Shown here: positions 53,861-64,000 of the stretch, piece after piece
Layout: each line of letters opens with the position of its first letter
Position numbering within the stretch: the first letter of the stretch is position 1
Assembly (NCBI RefSeq): GCF_006345805.1
Contig: NC_043008.1
Span: 18,166,001-18,230,000 of the forward strand
Length of the DNA: 64,000 nt
From: Octopus sinensis
Lineage: Eukaryota
Direction: 5' to 3'
Program-made: the position numbers and the translations under genes
The notes under the pieces: model-generated
What the model was told of the DNA's origin: nothing
Seen by the model: only the letters and a program-made list of their open reading frames with translations
Database searches by the model: none

Positions 53861-54165
53861 CGACTGCTTTTTTTGGCGTGTCAAATTATCTGTTTGATAT
53901 ATCGCAATACTACACAGTGTCTGCGTGAGCTACGAAATTCTCACCCACTGTTATGTCGCACGTTCGGAGGCCTTCTACTCAACTCGACTCTGCTCTGTCT
54001 GCTACTACTCTCTACTCTGCTCTCTACTCCTCTGTGCTCCTGACGTCTAGGCGTCTCCCCACTATATCTACGTATTGGGCTAGCCTACTTCATCGTCTGG
54101 GAGGCGCCCACACAACACGGTTAAAGGTAGTTTCTCTTGTGTTCAAATGTACACTATTTTATAAA

Positions 54166-54200
<35 letters not shown>

Positions 54201-55389
54201 TGTATACATACATACAGGGAGAGAGAGAGAGAGAGAGAGAGAGGCAGGCAGGCAGACAGACAGATAGCTGCAGAAAAGATAGACTGCACACAAACTCTCA
54301 CTGTGTGTGTGTGTGTTTTTACATCTGTCTACATTCGAATGTCACGGCATATATATACTATTATATTTATCGACACATATTACCGTTTCCTTTCACTGAA
54401 ATGTTATTATAAACACCTAAAGAAATTTCGGAACATAAATCCTAATTACATTGCCAAAATGCATAATGAATATGTCATATGCGTTACATTTCGCTGTCAC
54501 TTCATTTTAATCACGGAATATATATATATTTAGCGACGGTATTTAATTAAAGATACAAGTAAATCATTTTCTAATTTCTTTGTATCATTAGTGTAACTCT
54601 TGTTTCTATTTTGTATTATTTAATTTCAACCAATTTTATGTTCTTAAGTAACATACGCTTCTTGTTTGAAACATTCCAGCTTCAAATGTTTTATGAAGTG
54701 TTATATTACCAGGTATAAAATATCATTGGTTTCTGTATTTCAGTTCCTTTAGAGCAAAGAATCGGCCATGTATAAATGCTATATTTCAGGTAAAATTTAT
54801 ACTTATGAGACATTAATAGATTTGATAGGTAATGCGATGGAGGCGGCTATTTTATGAAATATTTCATTAACGCGGCATTTAAGTATATGATTGATGTTAA
54901 GCTGGCGTTTAGTGTATACCTTTTAGATGAGCAGAAACCTTATAGCCATCCTTTTTTTTTTACCCAGGAAAATAACCACACGTTAGTAATACAACAACAT
55001 ATGGAACGGTAGAAAGGACAAAATGACAAACAGCATTCTCACACATCCATATTTTTTGCACAGAGATCTTTCTGATACATATATATGTGTTCCCGCATGC
55101 AATTTTAAGTAGTGTTCCGGTGCAAGAAAAGAAAAAAAGCTTCCCAGATATCTTCTGGTATGTTATTCACCGACTGCATCCATATTATGTAAATTTACTT
55201 AGTGTACGTTGCATTTCCTAATTCAGCATATATGCTGAAGAATGGTTGCTTCAGGAAAATGAGTTTTTGGCTACCAATCGCAATACACGCACACACGTAC
55301 ACACACACGTGTGTGTGTGTGTGTGTGTATGTATGACTCACTTTACATATATACGTAAATACCCACACACATGTGTATAAATATATCTA

Positions 55390-55421
<32 letters not shown>

Positions 55422-55430
55422 CATACATAC

Positions 55431-55494
<64 letters not shown>

Positions 55495-55498
<4 letters not shown>

Positions 55499-55556
55499 AA
55501 AGTTTACGAAAAAAAACAAAAGACGAAGGCAAGTGGTGTACAAAACAAAGAGATGT

Positions 55557-55558
<2 letters not shown>
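55495..55558 (-). mobile_element. Terminal fragment of the 33099-33300 Penelope-like family within (TA)n
   Basis: gggaaagtttacgaaaaaaaacaaaagacgaaggcaagtggtgtacaaaacaaagagatgta. Confidence 0.7.
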
Positions 55559-55617
<59 letters not shown>

Positions 55618-56339
55618 TGTATCTATATATATATGTATTTTGTATGTATTTATGTATATATAAATGTGCACTTGTGTGTACATGTATGATTGTGTATTGA
55701 ATACGACATTGCTTATATTTCCCGTGCCGCCGCAGTAATATTATTTGTGTGAAAATCTTTCAGAAGCAGTCCAGAAACTCTTGATTTATAAATGGTTATT
55801 TTTCCCCCCATTGCAATAAATTTCCTGTCTCGTTAGTCTTTTTTTCTTTCCATTTTGTAAAGCTAGAAGCAAACGAATGCCGAACAGTATATACATGGAA
55901 CGTAAACAGTTAGTTAACGTCAAAATGCCATACTGAATATAATACAACAACTAGAGTATTTGATTTTAGTTGTGTAATTGTCGTATACATCAAATAACAG
56001 TGTGATGAAAAGAAATGCATTCGAAAATCAATAGGGCATAAAACTTGCTAGCGTTGCGTGTGAATGTGACATCCATTTGTACACAGACACAAACACACGT
56101 ACATAAATACATACACATATACAGAGGCGCACACAGAGGCACACACACACATATACATACATATATAGATATAGATATATGTAAGTATGTATGTATCTAT
56201 GCGTGTGGTCGTTTGGAAACACGACTATGTTTGGGTTTTACCATCTTTATTTCAGTTTGCATTTAATACTTTTGTTTAAGCCACTAGCATTTCCTTTGGA
56301 ACAATAAACTTCCTGAATGCAACATCAAGGTTTCTAGAT

Positions 56340-56465
56340 TGTCATATGTTGGGAGAAGACCGGTGTTCGCGTGTGCAAATATCTCTTTTATTAAGGAAAA
56401 ACAATTATTACTCACAACACGGCCTAGTGCTAAAATAACACTCAGCATATACGACATATATTACA
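56340..56465 (-). mobile_element. Putative 3' LTR of the Gypsy element
   Basis: Minus strand TGTAAT...AATAAA...TGACA, preceded by a purine-rich gggata and lying downstream of pol. No second LTR is present to confirm it. Confidence 0.4.
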
Positions 56466-56789
56466 TATCCCAAACAAAAAGAACGCACGATTAATGTCAT
56501 ATATATAAAATACCCAACAGTCAAATGTACTTGATAAATTACACATAAATGCGATTTGTCTACAAAATATATGCTATGCCATTCAACATGAATATTGTAT
56601 AATTTCCATGAGTCTTAGAAGTTTTGAAAGTGGTTATTTCCTTACTCCTCCAATACGCCGAGAGTTGCATTCCATTATCAGAAATTCATTTCTCTGGAAT
56701 ATCGGGCAAACAATTTATATAGGAACTTTATATTTGTCTTAACGGTTGGTTTGTTGCACCTGCATACCTCTATACCTCTGCCCACTTTG

Positions 56790-58055
56790 CACAGCTGTCT
56801 GTCTTGATGAGATAGTAAACGCCGACACCGGGCCGGCAGAGTCGATATGTAACCTAGACCATGGGTTGTCAGTCTTAGGCCACGATTAATATTTTACCGG
56901 CGGGGTTTTGGCCGTCAGCGCGCAACTTCGACAAGTTCTCAACCAATTTTCGGTCCATAGTTGCCCAATAGATGTAGCTCCTCATCAGAACATACTTCCT
57001 CAACGTTTCCGGGTGTCTGCTGCGGAATTGCTCCAATACATGTTTTTGGAATGTAGTCGGCACTACCACTATTTGCGCATACATCAGAATATAGTCGCAT
57101 ATTAAGAAACGACTCGAATTTGTATTTTTATTCCGCTTATTTTTTAAAGTTTCTTTTATTTTTGTAATATACTCATTGCCTACATATTTCATTCTTATCT
57201 TGGGTGCTGCCACTGGCAGTTCTTGGATAACATTAGTCATAATACTTTTTATATCATTTTCTGCCTGCAGTGCGGCTATCAAGGCATCTTCTTGTGGTTC
57301 TGTATTTGGGGGAATTAGTCTCGATAGACAGTCCGCATGTCCAGTTATTCGATGGAGCATACTGCATTTTGCAATTGTAATTTAGTAATATTTTACCCCA
57401 ACGTTGTAGTCGGTCCGCTGTATTGTTAGGTAACCATTTCTTTGACCCACAAAATGGTCGATGATCTGTTTGTAATAGAAAACTTCTACCATGTAGAAAC
57501 CTGTGAATTGTTTTCCCAACAAAGATAATTTATAGGGCTTCTTTTTCTTTCTGGCTGTATTTTTTCTCCGTCGCTATCTACTTGTGTAGCAAAAGTGCTC
57601 CTATTCCTTACTCCGAAGTATCAGACACTACAACAATGTCCATTTCAGGATTGAAATGACCTAGGGACAAATCTGCTATTACAATGTTTTTATTTCTTAA
57701 AACTGCTTTTAGCATTTAACCGACCAATTCCGCTTTACTTCTTTTTTTAAATAAGTCATTCAATGGAGCCCTTAGTGTGTGTCTGTTAGGAATGTAGTTT
57801 TGGCAATAGAGTGCCAGCTTAAGAAACGATTGTAACTTTGGTATAGTTGTCTGAGCAGATATATTCTTTATTGCGTCTGCCCTCGACGGGTCAAGCCGTC
57901 TACCATTTTTATCAAATATTTGCCCTAAGTACCTAATTTGCGGCAAAAAGAATTCGCATTTTCTTTACTCTAAGTGTCGAAGCGAACCCGTGGTCTTTAA
58001 TTTTCTTAAACAAAGCTTATATATGCTCCACATGCTGTTCACACGAATTACACGA
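56790..58055 (-). pseudogene. Ty3/Gypsy pol remnant (RT thumb, RNase H, integrase)
   Basis: EQHVEHI*ALFKKIKDHGF..KCEFFLPQIRYLGQI..LQSFL..APLNDL; HFNPEMDIVVVSDTSE*GIGA; HGRSFLLQTDHRP; GHADCLSRL; VVVP..HP....MRSYIYW; PWSRLHIDSAGP. The RT-RH-INT order indicates Gypsy. Confidence 0.92.
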
Positions 58056-59745
58056 GGTATGATATTTAGTGCGTTCGTTTTGTAATGAATTTTCTTCGGT
58101 CACTCGAATGTTCTTATATCGGCATCGAATGAAATTCGTTTTAACATTTGGCCAACAACTAGAATCCTTGCACTTAAAACCTGGAATTTTAATGAGTGCA
58201 CATTTTCGGGTTGGAACGAAGCACTCTAATTTGGGGGGGGGGGGGATGTAGCGGGTAACATTCTTCGCATTGCCGCACATGATGTTAACCAAAATAAAAA
58301 AAAAATCCTTTTTGACTGACACGTGTCGTTGAACAAGTTCATGCTTCGTGTTAAAATTCTAATAACTGAAAAATATTCAAAGTCGCTTCCATATTTGAGT
58401 CTCGTAATTAATATTAATTAAATTAATTCAATTATATAATGCTGTAATGTGTGAGTTTTGAGTGTGCTTAGTTTCTACCAGGTCTCAACTAGAAAGCACT
58501 GCTTAGATCATAGACGTACTAGTCTGGTTATTGGTTATAAGTGTAAACACTGAATGGCTTAAAATGTTAAATGCATATTTCGATGAAAAATAAAACCTTT
58601 CTCTGCGATGAGTATTGAAGACGCTTTCAGAAAACTTAAATGATTTCTATGTTTATAATTTAGCCTTTGAAAAAAGAAAGGATTATAATGAACCGTATCG
58701 ATTTTTGTTTGTTAGTGGATTCAGATTAGAAAGCCTGTAACTCTAGAGAGGAAAATACTGTCCATTTAGATATAGGCAGATATTCCATTCATTGATTTAC
58801 TGATGTTGCTAATTTAATTGGATTTGTTAATTTAAATATTAGCGAAAATGGAAATTGATTTCAACACACAACTTCAAGAACAATAATAATAACAAATAAT
58901 TGCAACAGCCAACAATACTAGATCAAACGTCAACGATCAGTAATTCAAGTGTAAGACACTGTTTCAATCCTTCATTAAAAGCAGAAGTTTGATACTAATT
59001 TACATTTTATTTAGTCAGGCGAACAGCAGTGACTCTGTGATGTTTGCTGCTATTTCAAAACGGATAAAGTTTATGAAACTGCTCAGCTAAAGTAATATGC
59101 AGATCAAATGAAAAACAATAGCTCTGGGGGAATTGGGGATTTGATCGAATGTTTGCAGCTTAGTGTATTTCAACCAAACGAATTACAACCGTGAGTGGAT
59201 GACCTTTATTCTATAGCAAAATATACGTTAGGAAAAACCCTGAATATTTAACTGCTTGTTTCAATACAAGGATCTGTGCATTAGAACGGAACGGGACCTC
59301 GCTATTTGGGTGAGTTGTATATCCGTTTATAGGCAAAGACTGGAATGGATAGAAATTTTGACCAATCCTAGGGATTGACTATCACAAATTCGTAGGACTT
59401 GCTATTGCATGTATTGACTAAAGTTAAGAAATCCCACATTTGTAGATTGGTGCGAAATTTATCAATGTGATATGGCCGTATGTTTAAAATTTTCTCTTTG
59501 CACTTACGAGCTAACAGGTTCAATCTTACAGCGTAGCATTGATGCAGATGTCGTTTACCATAGCTTCAGATCGACTCAAGTTTGCGAGTGAAACTGAAGA
59601 GATGGAAACCGTTGGAATCTGTTGCACAGATTGTAAAAGCAATTTAATATTTCAACCTTGACATGAAGATATGTGTCTCACACATTTAGCTAAGCTTACA
59701 CGTGATTATGGCTAGCCAAGTCACTTGCAAGCTAATTCAAGTAGT

Positions 59746-60121
59746 GTGGAAGCGCAATGGCCCAGTGGTTAGGGCAGCGGACTCGCGTTCATACGATCGC
59801 GGTTTCGATTCCCAGACCGGGCGTTGTGAGTGTTTATTGAGCGAAAACACCTAAAAGCTCCACGAGGCTCCGCAGGGATGGTGGTGATCCCTGCTGTACT
59901 TTTCACCACAACTCCTCTCACTCTTACTTCCTGTTTCTGTTGTACCTGTATTTCAAAGGGCCGGCCTTGTCACTCTCTGTCACGCTGAATATCCCCGAGA
60001 ACTACGTTAAGGGTACACGTTCTGTGGAGTGCTCAGCCACTTACACGTTAATTCACGAGTAGGCTTTCCGTTGATTCGGATCAACCGAACCTCACATCGT
60101 CGTAACCGACGGAGTGCTTCC
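59746..60121 (+). mobile_element. tRNA-derived SINE family C, full length with a 12-bp TSD
   Basis: gtggaagcgcaatggcccagtggttagggcagcggactcgcg...gtttcgattccc (A and B boxes); TSD aattcaagtagt at 59734-59745 and 60122-60133. Confidence 0.92.
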
Positions 60122-60543
60122 AATTCAAGTAGTAATAGAGCTGGTGGAAGGACTGACTACTCATTGTCGAAACTGACGGAGAACCATTTATTTATGTTAA
60201 TTGTTATTTTGCCCGGTACGTTGCAGATTCAGTGAAATATCAACCCCCACACTGTGGAACATAGTGCTTTTTAGAATAATCAGATTTATATTAGTTCGAC
60301 ATTATTTTGTATCTTTTATACATATATATATATATACATACATACATATACATATATATACATATATATGTCACGAATAATTTTGAATGAATCTTTTCAT
60401 GTGTATGTTGGATTATCTTATTTAATTTTATATGAATTAACCTAGATATTCGACTATCTATCAAACACCTACAGAAAACAATAATTCCAAATGTACAACT
60501 TCGAAACACGCATTCCTGCATACATGCACATACACAGGCAAGG

Positions 60544-60582
<39 letters not shown>

Positions 60583-62725
60583 GATTCTACAGAACATATG
60601 CACACATCGGTATAAGTATGTATGTGCGCCTGATTGTGTGAAAGTATGTATGGTGTGTGTGTGTATATATATAATATATATATATATAATTATATATATA
60701 TATGTACGCACAAACATACAGATAAACGGGGAGAAAGAAACACAAATAGAATCTGTAATTTGAGGTATTCAAATTAACAGCTAAAGCTGACATTTTTACG
60801 CTGATTCCTGTCACAATAATAGAAATATTTGATATTCACTAAGATATATTGAATTACCTACAATAAAAGAAATATTTCTGGTTCTGTATTAATGTTTTAT
60901 CTGTCTACCACGCATGTTACATCTTCCATAACACAACAATTTAGGGAATGTACCAGAAATATTAGATTGGAAGGAGAATAAAATGTATCGGTAAGAAAAT
61001 CTTATAAGGCAATGATAATAATTTATAAAGAGATTACATCTGTTCTGTATAAAGAGTACTTCTGTAAAACAGGAAATGCAATAAGACGTTTATTAGGGCA
61101 AGCCGTCACCTATTTTGGTTAGGTAGTGTACTTCTAGAGATTCTAGTGATTAGTTTTGTGAGAGCTATTAAACTTATTCAAACTGCTTTAAAGATTGATG
61201 ATAGAACGTTAGGCTGGGAAAGATTTCAACTGATATTCAGAGAATAAAATTAATCGTCATTCGTTATCCCGAATTTATGTTGATATTCTGTATGTAACCT
61301 CGAGTTATTTTAGTCATGTTGAATTAATATACATCCTAACTGATTAAAGATAACCAAATGAATGTGGTGAAGGTATTGGTATTGCATAGAATGATTGAAT
61401 GAAGAAAATTCACACAGGTATGCAGCATTAGTACAACATAGAATTTCCTACTTCGCTTTTGTTAGGTTTCTTACGTTAGTACTCTTCGTTTTCGTACACT
61501 TAACAAAATAAGACCCCTTAGATGAGGGAGAAGATCGAAAACTAAATTGTCGAAAGAGACGACATTTTATCAAACAGAGCACAGCTGTTTCTCACGTTGC
61601 ATGATAATACAAAGTCACACAGTATTAATTGATACGCTTAGAACAATTCGGTAGTGAATATTTCAGAATCTCCATGAAAAATGCCGTTTTTTTTTCTTTT
61701 TTTTTTATTTCTTATACATGTCTTCCTACTTGCTGAAATAAGTTTGATATTTTCGTCCGGAAGTCATTGGGTTCAAGGAGACCAACGGAATTAAGGATTT
61801 ATCTGAGGATTTTAATTCTGGATAATAAACTCTTTCATGGTGGAAGTAAAAATAATTTCTTAATCGCAGTAAAACAAGATAAACTCATAACTTTAGATTG
61901 GAACTTCAGTAAGAATGCGGAGACGTATTTCTTAAAAAGTAACAGATTATGCTACGTAACTTAAAGAAAAAAAGAAAAAAAAATATTTTTTGCCATGGAA
62001 GAATTAATCACAGGAACGAACGTCTTTGTTTCACGTTCTTCGACAATCCCTGCCACCATCATACACAGATACATTCTTCCCTTCTATACGCTTTTATACG
62101 TGTAAATGAATGTGTCTGTGCGTGAATCCGTGTGTGTGTGTGTGTGTGTGCGTGTGCGTGTGCGTGTTCGTATGCGCATTCACATACAAATACAGACATA
62201 TGCAGACACAAAGGTTCATGCATGCTCACATATAGGCATACAGAATATATGTGTGTATCTATATATATACGTATATGCATACATACATATACACATACAC
62301 AAATACATAGATACATAGGGAACAGTGGATTGCGAAGCATATTACGCTGCTTATGATAGAATTCCTCGAATGGCTGCCTTCAAATCTTTCATTCTAAAAG
62401 TGCTTTTCATACCGATATTTACGTAGTATCATTTATAGCATTAAGGGCTTCTGTTATCCACTGCTCTCAAAACTGGTCACCTCACTTTATTTTTAATATT
62501 TATAAAATTCGCATGACGTCCACAATATAATTTAATTATATTTTAGAATACCGAAAACACTTGGCTGGCTTCATATTAGGTTTTCAAAATGTATATTGTA
62601 TAAAGTTGCGTCACGAATTATTCTATTCCAGCCGTTGTAATGAAAATAGTTTTTTTTAAGAAAGAATCTGGTTTAGAATGCTATCCAGTAACATGCAACT
62701 TGATTGGTCAGCGTTCAATCTATTA

Positions 62726-62825
62726 NNNNNNNNNNNNNNNNNNNNNNNNNNNNNNNNNNNNNNNNNNNNNNNNNNNNNNNNNNNNNNNNNNNNNNNNNNN
62801 NNNNNNNNNNNNNNNNNNNNNNNNN
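62726..62825. other. Assembly gap (100 N)
   Basis: Run of N. Confidence 0.99.
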
Positions 62826-63110
62826 TTTCCAGTTATTGGACTACTGCCATTTTAGTCGAACGAATCGATTCTGGTAATTATTTTGTTTTATGCCTGGTAC
62901 TTATTCGATCTCTAATGTTGAAGCGTTATGTTATGAGGACATAAATAAACCAAAACCTGCTGTCAAGCGTTGGTGGGAGACAAGCACCAACAGGAAGAGC
63001 AAACACACATACTCATACACACACACACCAACACACTCACTCGTAAATATACGACGCGTTTCTTTCTGTTTCTGTCAACCAAATTAATTGACAAGGGTTT
63101 GACTGGTCCG
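62826..63110 (-). mobile_element. SINE family B, degraded
   Basis: ttttagtcgaacgaatcga...ggtacttattcgatc...tgtcaagcg...tttctgtcaaccaaat...acaaggg. Confidence 0.65.
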
Positions 63111-63721
63111 GTGGCAATTTTTTTCCACGTGAACTACGGACCCAGGTAATGAACATATTTGCATACATCAAATCACAGCTGACATTAACCTCGTTGTCAA
63201 TTTAACAAAGGTTGGCATTCAAAATGGCGTTCTCCGATTGCCACGCGAAACATGTATTGTGCTCTCATCGAGCGTGATGTGCTAGCATCCCTCTCTACTT
63301 ACTGTTTTACAAAGAAAACAACACAAATATCTACGCAGAACCGGTCATTGTGGAAACAAGCACAAGAACAACAAGCATTGTTAAAAGTGAAAAGAAGCAT
63401 GGTCATTCCTTACCCAAGTGAACTTATGTTATCGCCCCTCACTTGTTATGCGCTCATAAATTAGTTTGATAGCTGAGCTCCGATTGGCTGCATGCAAATA
63501 TGTTTATAACTCGGGTCCTGAACTCTCGTGGGAAAAAATACGCAGCCCGGTGCTATAGAAGATGTCAGTTGACGGATATGCCAAGAAGTGAAACTGAGCT
63601 CGAAATTATATGGTTGGGAAGCGAACCCCTTATAACACAGCTACCCCTCCGCTATACTTTACATTCCCTTAATGTTCTGCGTTTTTTGGGGGGGGGGTCT
63701 TAATTTTGCGTTTCAGATTTT

Positions 63722-63955
63722 TTTTCTTCTTCTAGCCAGAGTTGCGGCCATGCTGATGCACCGCCGTTTTGCTTCACTGTTATTACTAAGAGCCTCCTCT
63801 AATATGTGGCACTTGGTGAAGAATGGATTTTGATATAGCTGCGCTCATTGCACCTCTTGCCGTGAGGCAGGTTCATCTTGGGCTCTCGACAGGAAGAGGT
63901 TCAGCTTTGATTTTAAAAAAACCCTACATCTACTTTGTGCAAGTTCCTCACATTG
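63722..63955 (-). mobile_element. CR1-group (CR1/L2/Daphne-like) LINE 3' end
   Basis: Minus-strand translation VRNLHKVDVGFFK / LNLFLSRAQDEP..AAISKSILHQ resembles the LRN..FK..LD.FL..PDEP..AA.SNS C-terminus; the 3' UTR ends ggcggtgcatcagcatggccgca..A-rich. Confidence 0.65.
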
Positions 63956-64000
63956 TATTTAAGATATGGTATTTGGATAACCATATCTTAAATCATTGAC

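Noticed and set aside
53861-54140. Possible solo LTR with ctctactctg repeats
   Set aside because: No clear TG..CA boundaries or TSD could be established.
59746-59822. tRNA-like sequence (also at 38116, 693, 25613)
   Set aside because: These are SINE heads that continue into SINE bodies, some with TSDs; they are not stand-alone tRNA genes.

Overview
This is eukaryotic, very AT-rich, non-coding DNA (intron or intergenic). The SINE repertoire, TTAGGG-bearing elements and very long (TA)n/(CA)n/(CATA)n tracts strongly resemble Octopus (coleoid cephalopod) genomic DNA; this assignment comes from recall, not a search. No intact host gene is visible, and almost all ORFs in the track are microsatellite artefacts. 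The window is dominated by decayed transposons: four tRNA-derived SINE families (>20 copies, several with TSDs), a decayed autonomous Helitron fused to an R4/Dong-type LINE fragment, two non-autonomous Helitrons, a Helentron/DINE-like element, Tc1/mariner remnants, a Ty3/Gypsy pol remnant, RTE and CR1-group LINE 3' ends, and two MITEs with internal telomere-like repeats. The most notable signals are: (i) a dispersed set of minimal hammerhead-ribozyme motifs in Penelope-like pseudo-LTRs next to microsatellites, one with a canonical core and one with a CUGUCGA variant core; (ii) a ~100-nt multi-hairpin cassette present twice, 34 kb apart; (iii) recurrent fold-back palindromes, including a ~430-bp one centred on a (TA)n tract; (iv) a LINE 3' end that shares its tail with the dominant SINE family. 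Coordinates were read by eye and may be off by a few bases.
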